This document shows positions 1 to 13,869 of a stretch of 64,000 nt of DNA, one piece after another. The notes under the pieces were generated by a model. It ran no database searches and was not told where the DNA came from. It worked only from the letters and a program-made list of their open reading frames with translations. The number at the start of each line of letters is the position of its first letter. Within the stretch, counting starts at the first letter, position 1. The position numbers and the translations under genes were made by a program. The stretch comes from Octopus sinensis (Eukaryota). The stretch lies in assembly GCF_006345805.1 (NCBI RefSeq), contig NC_043008.1, positions 46,748,001 through 46,812,000 on the forward strand, written 5' to 3'.

Positions 1-865
1 TATATACATATATATATATATATGTATATATATGTATATATAACATATATATAATGTATATATATGTATATATATACTATATATATATATATATGTATAT
101 ATATGTATATATATATACATATATATATATATGTGTTATATATGTATATATATACATATTATATATATATGTTGTATTATATATATGTATATATATGTAT
201 ATATGCATATATATATATGTATATATATGTATATATATACATATATGTATATATATATATATACATATATATACATATTATATATATATGTGTATATATA
301 TGTATATATATACATATATATATGTATATATATACATATATATATATTATATATATACAATATATATGTATATATATGTATATATATATATACATATATA
401 TATGTGTATATATATGTATATAATACATATATATATATCTGTATATATGTATATATATAATATATATATATGTATATATAGGTATATATATATACATATA
501 TATATGTGTATATATATGTGTATATATATACATATATATATATGTATATATATGTATATATAGATTTGTATATATATGTATATATATACATATATATAGA
601 TTTGTATATATATGTATATATATACATATATATATATATGTATATATATGTATATATATACATGTATATATATATATAATATATGTATATATATACATAT
701 ATATATATGTATATATATACATATATAATATATGTATATATATACATATATATATATTATATATATATACATATAATATATATGTATATATAATATGTAT
801 ATATATACATATATATATGTATATATATACATATATATGTATATATATGTTTATATATATGTATA

Positions 866-897
<32 letters not shown>

Positions 898-1056
898 GTA
901 TAATATACATATATATATATATGTATATATACATATATATATATGTTTATATATATATATATATGTATATATATGTTTATATATATGTATATATCTATAT
1001 ATATATATGTTATATATATACATATATATATATGTATATATACATATATATATAGT

Positions 1057-1090
<34 letters not shown>

Positions 1091-1097
1091 TATATAG

Positions 1098-1149
<52 letters not shown>

Positions 1150-1150
1150 G
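1..1150. repeat. Complex (TA)n low-complexity array with TATG/TACA interruptions
   Basis: Almost pure TA/TG/CA dinucleotides; source of the YI-repeat ORFs. Confidence 0.97.
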
Positions 1151-1329
1151 TGGCGGTTTTTTTGACTATTTATTAAAATTTTATGTATTGATTAAGTCTT
1201 TCCTTGTTTGTTTTGCAAAATAGTGGTTTTGTCTCTAATAATATTTTATAATATTTTACTATAAAATTGGATTTAATCCTAAATCTGATTTTTCCCTGTA
1301 AATTTGGATTTATTCCCTAATATTTATTA

Positions 1330-1361
1330 TTTATATGTATATATATATATATATGTTTATA

Positions 1362-1394
<33 letters not shown>

Positions 1395-1508
1395 GTTTAT
1401 ATATATGTATATATATATATGTTTATATATATGTATATATATATATATATATATGTTTATATATATGTATATATATATATATATATGTTTATATATATGT
1501 ATATATAA

Positions 1509-1552
<44 letters not shown>

Positions 1553-1613
1553 TACATATATATATATATTTATATATGTATATATATATAATATATATGT
1601 ATATATATATATG

Positions 1614-1663
<50 letters not shown>

Positions 1664-1779
1664 GTATATATATATATGTTATATATATATGTATGTATAT
1701 ATATAAAAATGTATATATATATATGTGTATATATAAAAATGTATATATATATATATGTATATATATATATGATATATAA

Positions 1780-1829
<50 letters not shown>

Positions 1830-1871
1830 TATGTATATATTTATATATATATATACTATATATATATATAT

Positions 1872-1903
<32 letters not shown>

Positions 1904-1925
1904 ATACATATATATACATACACAG
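1330..1925. repeat. Complex (TA)n array
   Basis: Seen directly; recurring TATGTTTA and TAAAAATG variant units. Confidence 0.95.
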
Positions 1926-4587
1926 GCACACATAAGCTATATGCACGCACATAATATTTGAACATCAACATGATATTGAAAATATCCTGAACATTGAGAT
2001 GTGTCTGTAGCCTAAAATGGAGAATGTCTATATCAGTGTAATATTTCATTATTCAGTTTCAGGAAAGCAGATAAACGACATCGCTTTTTGTTTATTTAAT
2101 TTTCCCGTGGAAAAAGAAAATTCCAATTATATCTTGGCTCTATAAATTAATTTTAAAATGAATTTCGATTCCTGAATCAAGTTTATTTCCGCTTAGCGTG
2201 TGTCACGGCCTTTTTTGAACACACGTGACTGTCTTGCGTGTAACATAGAAAGACTCTTTCTAAACATGACTAAAAGTATAAAGCGCAACCATAGGAGTGT
2301 AAAATACGGATGATATATTCAACAATTTGAGAACAAACTAACACCTTACAAACAGATATTTATAATTATCAAGTGCATGAAAATATTTGCAGAATGTGTA
2401 AAGCGTTCTGATGGGAGCAGCTCGAATCTAGATACAAGAACATCAAGGATCAGCCAACCATTGAGAAGCCGCAATAATATATAATGAAAGAAAAAACGTC
2501 TTTATTATGAGTTATATGAAAAAAAAAAAACAGGATGGAAAGATAATAGAGTACTCCAATTACATTAAAAACGTAGTTAACACAAATATGAGGGGAAATG
2601 GTTGTAGTTTGCTAAATGAGATCAAAGGCATCCCTGCAAATACTAATAGCATCACGTTACGATACGCTTTATGATTAAACCGTTGCCATTAAAGCGTTTT
2701 TACCATGACTTAACTGTATTGTAAAAGATATTCAGTCTGTTTTAAAATTCAACTGTATTTACTTATTTCAAACTTAATTGGAATTTTCTGAATCAGAAGC
2801 TTTTCAGCTGAAAGAAGATATCTCATTAAAAAGATGAATATCTATCCCCACAGGGCGTTCAGATAAATCGAAATCTCCCTTTGTAAAACGGCAATTCAGT
2901 TCGTTCATTTTGTGTAAATAATTGTTTAGTCTCACACAATGAGAAGTGATGAATACATCTTATTGCCTGTTTCAAAATGAAACAAAAAGGAAACGCCACA
3001 ATCTCCACTGATAATCTAATCTCTTGCAGCTTTGGGGTTAAAGCTGTGAAATATGTGACCGCTTTAAATCTGTCGTGTTTAAGCATCTAAAAACGACACT
3101 TTTCTTCTGTTTTGTTACCTCCGTCACAATCCATTGCCTCGTGAAAACTTTAGCTGTCCATATAGAAGGTTCCAGAAACATATATCACAAATAAAAGGGA
3201 AATGCGTGAAATCACTTTTAACACAATAAAAGGAATCGTATAGCTTGCATTCTGAGTGAATGTTACTCTTCTAGTTGCAGTAGAGTTTTAATATATAGAA
3301 AATATTTAAATGTCTTTCTGATTGTGATGGACATTACTTTGTAGCTCAGTAAAAATGTTGTTATAAAATTGTTATTAAAACAAGAGAGAAGAGCCTAATG
3401 GAACTCGCATTAGATGCGTCTGCCAGCATGACGACAAATGCACTGAAACACGATGGCACTGCAATACATTACATGTACAATTTTCGATGATTATCAATGT
3501 GAATATATGCTATGTGCTAATATAATAATATTGCTTCGCTGTTATTGCCATAAACCATCTCTAATTAACCTAACTTCTAACGTTTTAACCATTTCCAATG
3601 CCGTATTCATTCCGTATGATCATACCAGTATGATATTTAGTATTAAGTAAAAGTAAAGTGTCTAATGAGGGGAATTGACGTTGCAAAAGTCGCGGTGCTG
3701 TGATGTCGAGTACAATTAATGGATTTGGAGAATACATTTTCCGGGGATTTTCCTGTCAACAGTGGAACTTTAGCAGTTTGTACTGATCCTATAATGTCAA
3801 ACACTAGTGTGTCAATGGTATTTGAGGGCACAACATCGTTAGTATACTACTCTTTCCCAACCGCTTGTATTGTTTATATGTCTTTTAGGTCAGTCTTGAA
3901 GGAGAGACTTCTAACGCAAGTAATGAAAAGACTTACAGTCACTGCTGCCACATGTGCGGATCACAAAGATTTAGAAATTTCCATTTATCTAAATGCTACA
4001 CAGGATTTGGTTAGAATTGAAAACCTCGAGGGGAGTGTTTAAGGGGTATCAAATACGGAAACATTTACATACTAAACGTTTGGATAAAATAAGGCAACCA
4101 TAATTCATTGAATAGGTTCGAAAGCATCATCGATAATAACACTGTAAAACAGGAAGGCCCTCAACGGAGAACTCTGTGTTCCGGTGTGGAGTATTAGAAC
4201 TGCGATGTAGGAGAACATTCGTTCCAAGTGTGCTAACGAGAGGCCAGCTCATACCTGCAGCAACACTGGCACTTGTAATTTCAATAGTTAAAACAAAAAA
4301 AGGTGAAAGGAGAGGCAGATGGATTTATGGTGGAAACATTGGATGGGCAACCCATCTAACTGCATCAGGCTTTAAATGTAGTAACAAATACTATGCTTCG
4401 AGTTATTAGAAAATATTGCCATAGATTTTAAATGATTTCCTGAGAGTTTTTGCATTGCGATCAGGAAGCATCGTACAAAATTTTGTAAGACGTGAGACGA
4501 TGTTGAACTGTGAAAATACAGTGTTAGCTAAATGTCCATAACGTGATGACGGTTATGAAATGTGTGTCACGTATACATATAGGAATG

Positions 4588-4691
<104 letters not shown>

Positions 4692-4881
4692 ATATGTATA
4701 TATGTATGAATATTCCTTTGTTAGCTTATGACGTTTCGAACGAAACTAGCATTGGTCTGTGGAGGTAATTATTGATGACCATTCCATCCAGTTGCTCTTC
4801 TCTAGCTCTTTTCTACCCTGTGTGTGAGAAACTCTCATTCGCTCGCAATTCGCTTTGGTCTAGGATGTATGACTTTCTTAC

Positions 4882-4918
4882 CCGGCTGCAATCGCTCCAC
4901 GCTGGGCCCCATGATACG
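4882..4918 (-). CDS. Candidate 37-nt exon of unidentified spliced gene
   Basis: Minus strand gcattgtttcag|CGTATC...CAGCCGG|gtaaga; very GC-rich relative to flanks; open in all three frames, so frame is ambiguous. Confidence 0.25.
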
Positions 4919-6172
4919 CTGAAACAATGCGTCACTCTTCTTTCGCCTGGTGGTAGTGATCAAGAGCTAATCTTTACTAATGTTACAGTAATAACGAGGA
5001 TGATTGGAACGACGATAACGACTACATATCTGGATTTTATAATGTCAGTAATTACAAATGATGATGATGATTATGATGATCATGGTAGTGGTGATGGTGG
5101 TGGTGGTGAGGGTTCGATTGGGTTTCTGGTGGTGAAGGTGTTGAAGGTGAGGTGGTGATAATAGAATGATAAATGCAATTATATTGATTCAATTAACTTT
5201 GTGAGTGAAGCATTGCATCAATGTCTGCGCCGACATAATGGTCTACACCCGAGGCTCAAAGAAATTCTACAATTCCAGACAGAATCAATCATACAAACTG
5301 AAATATGGGCAAGGAGGCTCTCTCACACACATGTTCATACATACATGTACAGACCCACGGATGCACACACGCATACTCACTCTCACACGCATATGAATGT
5401 ATATGGAAGATAGATAGAAGCATTACCGATGACGCTTTAATTGATGGGGCATTTGGTCTATTTACCCCGAAAGGTCACTCGCCTACTTTTATATCACTTC
5501 ACTTACTTAACGCTTGTTGTCAAGGCAAGTGGCTCTCAAATGCAGACATGAATAATAGCGATATAACCGATTGTTATTTAGCAACAGCTGTGCTACATTA
5601 GTCGTATTGTCATTGCTATCCCATCACTTGTCACCGGCATTTCGCTTCCATGATTGTCTTCATTTCATATCGTCTTCAAACTCTTGTATTTTCCCATATG
5701 CAAAAATCCGTTCTCTTATTTCAAATCATCATCACAATTCTGGTCGTATTAATGACATTAGCATCACAACACTCTAAACAAGCAGTAGTAGTAGTTGTAG
5801 TAGTAGCAGTAGTTGTTGATGTTGTTGTTGTGGCGGTGTTGTACTGTTTGGGGAAAAGTGAATGCCCTTTGATTATATATTCTACATAAAAGAATATTGT
5901 TTAAATATATAGTATTTTAGATCTATGTGTGTGTACATTTTTGTGTGTGTACGTTTGTGTATGTGTGTAAGCGTGCGTATCCATGTAGGTGTGCGTCTTT
6001 TTTTCGTGTGAGCATCTTCTTGAACGTGACTGTTGCACCATTCTGTCATTCTTTGTTGGTATTTGCAATAATGGGGCGGAGCGAATTCAGAACGTATTCA
6101 ATTTCAGTTATTAGGTTGTTCGAAACTGATTCTGGAAAGCAGTGGTGTGCAAGGTATGGTGGTGGGGATTAC

Positions 6173-6228
6173 CTGGACTGTAAGACAATGAGGCATCGTC
6201 GTGTATCAGTTTGGAACTCGTCCTCAAC
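6173..6228 (-). CDS. Candidate 56-nt exon (VEDEFQTDTRRCLIVLQS)
   Basis: Long pyrimidine tract, ttcagtttag|GTTGAG...GTCCAG|gtaatc; alternative acceptor 5 nt upstream gives a different frame. Confidence 0.3.
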
Positions 6229-6346
6229 CTAAACTGAAATGTTGCACGTTTTATAAAAGAAAATGGAAACAAAACGGCGATATAACCTGCGATATTACTG
6301 GGAAATGGGTCACCCATGATGAGATTGTTCCATTCAATAACACAAC

Positions 6347-6367
6347 CAGCAGCAGCAGCAATATCAA

Positions 6368-6408
<41 letters not shown>

Positions 6409-6414
6409 TATTAT

Positions 6415-6461
<47 letters not shown>

Positions 6462-6505
6462 GTAGTAGTAGTAGTAGTAGCAGTAGTAGTAGTAGTAGTA
6501 GTAGT
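6347..6505. repeat. Compound (CAG)n-(ATT)n-(AGT)n microsatellite
   Basis: Seen directly. Confidence 0.95.
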
Positions 6506-6931
6506 TGAGATGTACATGCTGCACTGCATTCTTCTGATGCAAAGGGCAGGAATTAATAACATTAGTTGGTCGTCTACAGAATGTGATAATGCATCGTCAT
6601 GTTTTGCTGGAGACACATTCTTGCTTGCTTTGTGTATAGGTTAGTACGATGTACACACATATCTACAACTATAATTATTCGATGTGCTACAAAGGTATAC
6701 ATACGTTTGTGACATACTTCGCTTCTTCTCTAAAAACAAACAAAAACAAACAACAAACTAAACCTCATATGTTATGAGAAGGCACAATACTCTCATAACA
6801 CTATTTGAATGTTTCTACTTTTCCCTCGAAGGAATGAAGCTGCATTTCTTTTATTTACAAAGAAAGAAGATGAACGCAGAATTATTTATTTATTTTTCCT
6901 TCTGCTTCAGATACTTGTCTGCCGCGCATAC

Positions 6932-7059
6932 CTCGTCTCCTTGGCTCCATATTGAAAAGGTTTCAGTCAACAAACCAATAACAACTTCCCTTCTCTCCAA
7001 CATATCACAATTGTTAAACATCAAAAATATCAATGTACAGTTTTCGAGAGAAACGTTTC
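6932..7059 (-). CDS. Candidate 128-nt exon (GNVSLENCTLIFLMFNNCDMLERREVVIGLLTETFSIWSQGDE)
   Basis: ttccttctttaaataaccag| acceptor, GAG|gtatgc donor, single open frame, phase-compatible with the 6173-6228 exon. Confidence 0.22.
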
Positions 7060-7429
7060 CTGGTTATTTAAAGAAGGAAAGATGTACGTTTGTTTTATTA
7101 GTTTTTTTTTTCCATGCTGTTTTATTAGTTTACTTTAGAATGACTGGAAATTTTATTCGATTGCCAATATGTCTGTGGAATTTCTTTCTCGGAGATTAGT
7201 CTGTATGTTTACTATTTTTTTCAAGTAGAATTGCAAACTCTTCATTCCATCATGTTGTTCTTAAATGTCATTTGGGATTCAAAAGACTATCGTTTCAATT
7301 GGATTTTATTTCAAATTATTTCAATACTATCGATAAACTTGTTGCATATCCATGTATATAAATACACTCATCCTTTTCTCGCGCATAGAGACACACAAGG
7401 GCAAAAACAAACACAGACAGGAGTAGGTA

Positions 7430-7759
7430 TGCATACACACACACACAGACACACACACATATATATATATATACATACCTATAAATATATACATATATAT
7501 ATACATACATATATATACATATATATATATATATACATACATATATATACACATACATATATATACATATATATATATATATACATACATATATATATAC
7601 ATACATATATACATACATATAAATATATATATATATATATAACATATATATATATATATACATATATATACATACATATACATATACATAGATACATATA
7701 TACATACATACATACATATATACATACATACATATATACATACATACATACATATATAC

Positions 7760-7815
<56 letters not shown>
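7430..7815. repeat. (CA)n/(TA)n/(TACA)n compound microsatellite
   Basis: Seen directly. Confidence 0.95.
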
Positions 7816-8154
7816 GCACTCTGGTGCGCTTATTTGTGTTTCCAATTCCATATAATTGCAGATGTCTGAGTGTGTAAGAATATGGTTTAGTTGAAGTACT
7901 TATCATATATCATATTTGAAACCACATTCTAGATATTAACCCTGTGTACCATCTATATCATAATTTGGAGAATAACCACATTATTTTATGACTTTTCATT
8001 CACTTATACATACACATCGTCCTGTGCTTCTTCATGCATAGGTGTATATAGAACTGTTGCTACAAAGTTATATATTAAATATTTCCGCTTTCCTCTCCTT
8101 AGCACGATACAGTAAATTGCTGCGCAAGCACTTAAGTTGATATGTAATACACAC

Positions 8155-8192
<38 letters not shown>

Positions 8193-9564
8193 GCATTCCT
8201 CCAGATTTACGTATACATATAAATGTACATACATATATATGTATATCTACATTTATATGACTCTTCATGTAAGTAAGCATGTACATATGTGTTCGCCACT
8301 ATTTATATATATACAAATTTTACCATCATTTAACACAAATTTTCACATCACTAACGGAGGCATTGAACCGTTATAGTCATGGTTTAACTAGGTCTTCACA
8401 CTAGTTTAATAGGTCAAATATGCCAAATGTTTTGGATCGGTTCCTTTAACGCTGGTTTTAAGAGTTCACTCAACAATGTTTTCTAGTAGTGTTTTTATTG
8501 TTGATCACCACGGCACATTATCACTTCTATGTCTCCTTAGAATTACTCCTTCTCCTGGTAACATCTTATTTCATGAAACCCATTAGCATATTCGCTACAC
8601 ATTCTAATATTTAAACAAATTATCACTTCTGAATCATAAGGTCACTGCATTAATTACTTAATCGTAAAGGAATCTTTCATTATTGGGACACAGAAGGAAC
8701 GATATAAAAGTGAGCGGGTAATAGTATCATTCACATGTACTAGGAAATAAAGATATTCGTATGTGGACCTAGGATAACTGCAGTTTAATGTGAATCGATA
8801 TTTAACAAAATGTTGAAAGATTTACTAATAAAATACACAGACAATAAATTCCGAATGATCATATTGCCTGAGAAAATATGAATAATACTCTAAAATGAAC
8901 AAAACTGTATCCCTTAAGTATAAAATATAATCGATAGTGGGACCAGTCACTAGACATATCCGTTCGCTTTGTACATTGTATGATGATTCTGACAGGTCAG
9001 GCCACAGAATATGTTCTGTGTTCGACACGCGTTCACTAAACCGTGTACCATGCCTTAGTAAGACATAATCTAAATGATATAACACTTCTATATAATGCAC
9101 TTGCATTTAATAAGGAAATCGCCACCCTAGTGTCCCACGGGTAGGCATAATATGATATAATACCCTTTGTCAACCATATATCACTTTAAATAACAGTGGA
9201 GGCCTTAAATGTAGAACCATCAAACCACCAATGTGTAAACCTTGTGGCAGGTAGAACCATTCTCTGTATGTGTTTAGTACAAAAATCAGACAGGAAAGGA
9301 TATTTGTACAATATTATGTGATTTAAAAAGTCCAACAGGATAAAGCACATCCATTTGCTACGATTGAACCAAATAAACATTGAAAATATATTTCTTGATG
9401 AGATAACGTCTCTAAAAACGTTTGAATCTTGCAGAAGGCTGCACACACGTCACCGAGGAAAGATCTGTACCATAATGAGGGAGAGAAAGTTTGGTGGGAT
9501 ATTCAGGTTTCATAAACGATGACTGTCTTGCATTTGACCAGAGGAGAAATGGACTATAAAATAG

Positions 9565-9900
9565 ATGTGTTTCTTTATTAGCCACACATGGCTGCACACA
9601 GACGGGACAGATTACAAAGTAGAACTTTTCTTTTTGGAGAGAGGGAAAAAAAGTGGGGTGGGTTTTCGATCAAAAGGTATCGTAAACGGGAAAGAAAAAG
9701 AAAGAAAAAAGATAAAAGAAAAGAAAAAGTGATCAATAGGGATCGTGTATCACAGAACTGTCATGATGTAAAGTGTAAAGGAGGAAGCAGATAAGGTTTA
9801 TACGTGGAAAGAAAAACCTACGGAAAAGACCACGGTAGCCTCGGTCAATAATGTTACATGTTACCACATTTGTTTGCGAGTAGGTAACCCTCAGAGATAT
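9565..9900 (-). mobile_element. Probable 3' end/UTR of a LINE-like dispersed repeat
   Basis: Minus strand ends ...gtgtggctAATAAAgaaac (polyA signal at 9574-9579) after a pyrimidine-rich tract; resembles a common cephalopod repeat end (from memory); no protein motif confirmed. Confidence 0.35.
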
Positions 9901-10370
9901 ATTCATAAAAATAATTAAAAATAATTTTTAGGAATTCAATTAAAGAATGCCCATGCTAAACATTTCGCTTATAATCAACTTAATAAGATATAATAACGGG
10001 GCAGCTGATAGAAGACCTATTGCCAATATATTCTGACCACTTACATTTTAGAAAGGAATCTTAATAATAATGAGCAAAGGGATCAACACAATAAGCCCCT
10101 ATAATGAAAGTACTGAAATTAGGCTACGCCATTCTGAAGCGCCAAATCCGAAACAACTTTAAGGAAATGTAAGAATGCAAACTAAATCTTCAGAAAAGCT
10201 ATCCAGAATATCAATGAAAGACCTTGAAAATACACGGCAGAGCCCAATCACAACTGAAATGTAGCGTTGTATGTTGAGAATGTCATTTCTTTTTCTAATA
10301 CTAATCAGTACATATGTTCTGCCTTTATTCCAGCAATCATACACGTTACTACAAATACCTAGGATAGCGT

Positions 10371-10600
10371 GATAGATATAATGATAGATAGATAGAGAAG
10401 TAGATAGATAGATAGATAGGTATGAATGTATCTAGATAGATAGATAGATAGGTATGTATGTATGTATGTATGTATCTAGATAGATAGATAGATAGATAGG
10501 TAGGTATGTATGTATCTAGATAGATAGATAGATAGATAGGTAGGTATGTATGTACGTATCTAGATAGATAGATAGATAGGTAGGTATGTATGTATGTATC

Positions 10601-10643
<43 letters not shown>

Positions 10644-10700
10644 GTAGGTATGTATGTAGGTAGATAGATAGAAAAATAGATAGATAGATAGGTATGAATG

Positions 10701-10771
<71 letters not shown>

Positions 10772-10834
10772 GTAGATAGATAGATACATACATACATAGA
10801 TAGATACATAGATATATAGATATATAGATAGATA
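10371..10834. repeat. (GATA)n array with (TATG)n and GGTA interruptions
   Basis: Seen directly. Confidence 0.97.
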
Positions 10835-10974
10835 TCCGGCATCGTATCGGATCCCTGCCATTCTACGATGTGCATTTTCGATCGGATCCCCGCCATTCTG
10901 CGGTGTGCATGCAGTTTTTCAATCAACAGCACCATTCGGTCTGAAATTAACGACTATGTGTCTCAGTAATCAAC

Positions 10975-11235
10975 GGTCGCATCGATCATTAGCAACATTC
11001 TTGGTAAGGGTCTGCCTTAGCTCGTTCCCTGGAAGGATGTACAGTTTGAATAACGGGTAAACTCCACCCGACAACCTACAGTTCTCGTCTCTAAACTTAA
11101 TACTCGCAACGTATAAGTTGCTTGTTGTATATAGAAAAGTACATCTGATGCAAAATGGGATCGAACCCGATACATCGTGGTTACAAAGCATAACTGGACA
11201 AAGTTACGCCTACAGACCGTAGCCGTACTGCGCCT
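10975..11235 (-). mobile_element. Diverged tRNA-derived SINE
   Basis: Minus strand starts aggcgcag (as SINE family 2) and has a B-box-like gggttcgatccc. Confidence 0.5.
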
Positions 11236-12093
11236 ACCAAACGTGTGATATATGTGCATCGCGTAATTAATGCGAACTGAAAGAAAAATCCTCGTCTTGT
11301 ATCGCTAATCACATCGCATGTAAGGAAAAAATAAACTCTTCAAATCATTTTCGCCTTGGCACATAATTGCTAAGAATGTCTGTCTCTTACTTCTGTAAAA
11401 TTCTCTTGTGAATCGTTATTATAACTATAGTGGTGAATTTCAATTTGAAATCAAGTCAATTGAGAGTAATCTGTATGCTGACTTCATTTCAAACGTGATG
11501 ATTATCAAGCGTGATCTCGATGATTGTCTCACGATTGTCTGCTAAAAACTGTTTTCAAAGAATATGAGTATTATAATCAATATGGTCATTAAAAACAAAA
11601 ACAAAAGAAGATCATTAGCTACTAAGCTAATGTAAATATGATTATCAAAAGTATAAAAGAAATAAAGTCTACTTACATAATTTTATGCTACTCTTGTGAT
11701 TAATAGCAAAGAAATTCTGCTTCAATCTGAAATTATACGAAGACGTATTTAGAAATTATAATCGGAAATATTTACAAATCATGACTTAAGTAGATTTATA
11801 GAAGTCACTTCATTATAAGGATAGAGGTGCATCAACATGCAGACGGAATATGAATACATGTTTTATACATGTTATTGCTACTAAAATCTGTGGTTATTTA
11901 AGAATACCAAATGAAGCCAGGTTTAATGAATTAAAATACTTCTTTTTTACAGATTCCAATTTCACCTTTCTTTGAAAAACACATCATAGCATTCAAGTAT
12001 TAGAGACTATGAACACTACTAAGGCATTATTTGTATATTGAGCTAAACGAGAATGGCGAACGCCTACCACATTGTGACATCTGCTGAATTGAA

Positions 12094-12508
12094 TTTTACT
12101 TTTTCAGTCATTTGACTGTGGCCATGCTGGAGCACTGCCTTTAACCGGGCAAATCGAACCCAGGACTTAATCTTTGTAATCCTAGTACTTATTCTTTCGG
12201 TCTCTTTTGCCGAAACGCCAAGTTACAGGGACGCAAACACACCAGCATCGGTTATCAAGCGATGTTGGAAGGGAGGACAAACACAGACATACAAAACACA
12301 TACACATATACACACAGACACAGACACAGACATATGTATGTATGTATACATATATACGACGAGCTTCTTTCAGTTTCCATCTACCAAATCCGCTCACAAG
12401 GCTTTGGTCGGCCCGAGGCTATAGAAGACACTTGCCCAAGGTGCCACGCTGTGGGACTGAACCTAGAAACATGTGGTTCGTAAGCAAGCTACTTACCACA
12501 CAGCCACT
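12094..12508 (-). mobile_element. tRNA-derived SINE family 2, near full length, with internal (CA/TA)n tract
   Basis: A-box-like tggctgtgtgg and B-box-like ggttcagtccc on minus strand; clearly homologous to copies at 38555 and 51463. Confidence 0.85.
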
Positions 12509-12837
12509 ACTTAATAAATGATTTCATTAATGCTCTTGACGCTATATCTGTCGGTGTGTTTATGCCACGAGGTATACAGCAGCTGTCATGTAACCTGATA
12601 TTGGACGGATGTAAGATATTTGAGCCGCAGTTGTTTGTGGAAATGTTTAGTGGAAGTGTTTAGTGGAAGTGTTTGGGAGCCGTGCGAGAGCCACGGAGAG
12701 CGTTTTATCGTGTGGAAACCTTGGCTGCAGTAATGGGTTGAATGCATTTATAGTTTGAGATACGTAATGTTCTCTAGGTTTTGTTCATAACTCACTGAGC
12801 AACGTCACGGAATGTAAGCATGAGTGTGTGTGTGTGT

Positions 12838-12879
<42 letters not shown>

Positions 12880-13491
12880 TGTGTATGTGTGTGTTCGCGT
12901 GTGCGTGTTACCGAGAAAACCTCGCCATTGAAATTTGTTTGCGACCTTTAAAATGCTTGGAAGTGCATAAAATATATTTTGTCCTTATGACCAAATGCAG
13001 AACAAGTGACATATTCATTTATACGCATCCAAATCCGAACACTAATAAACATTTCAGTTTTGATGATTAACATAAAGGTTTATTTGAAATTTTATAAATA
13101 TTTTTATACGTCGGTCACATTCTTTGTGGGATATTACTAGTTGGTCGGTGGATTTTATTCTATAACTTGCCATCGATACATCGACAAGGATCCTCCAATT
13201 GATATTCCTTTAAGATAATATCCATTCAATTAATATAATGCCTATAAATGACCAATAGAATGGATAATTGATGATATAATCCCTTAAACTCCAGACATAC
13301 TAACGATAGATAAGCTAAGTGAATTAAATAAGTGAACATTTGTGTGTATGTGTGTGAGTGCATGTGTGGGCGTACATACAGAGAACGTATTTTTAAAGGA
13401 GATTGTAGTAAACGCCACGTGACTCGTTATATCACAACAATTTCAAAAGTACACATGAGCCCTATAAACTAAGTCTTCGAACTGACAGCAA

Positions 13492-13559
<68 letters not shown>

Positions 13560-13604
13560 CATACATACATACATACATACATACATACATGCATATATAC
13601 ATAC

Positions 13605-13656
<52 letters not shown>

Positions 13657-13830
13657 TGGAGGGGAATTGATATGCATTTCAAGGTAAAATATTTTTGATA
13701 TTAAATGGATTATGAAAGGAAAGATTAATTTCTGCTTGTTCGGAGGAACAGGAATTTTAGTACAAAGAAATTATCAGTGTAGCTTCTATCACAAAAGGTT
13801 GACATTGTTGTTCTTTTCTTTTTGTCTATC

Positions 13831-13869
13831 GCAAATCACAGAAAAACATGAAGTTTTTCTGTGATTTGC
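13831..13869. other. Perfect 17-bp inverted repeat with 5-nt loop
   Basis: gcaaatcacagaaaaac-atgaa-gtttttctgtgatttgc. Confidence 0.9.

Noticed and set aside
54-2049. Long ORFs rich in Y/I/M/C (also at 7231-7906, 10349-10935, 13443-13682, 45910-46260, 52506-52758, 60386-61028)
   Set aside because: Translations of (TA)n, (GATA)n and (TACA)n microsatellites, which lack stops in several frames
3719-4042. 107-aa plus-strand ORF
   Set aside because: No recognisable motif, and no supported splice context or neighbouring ORF
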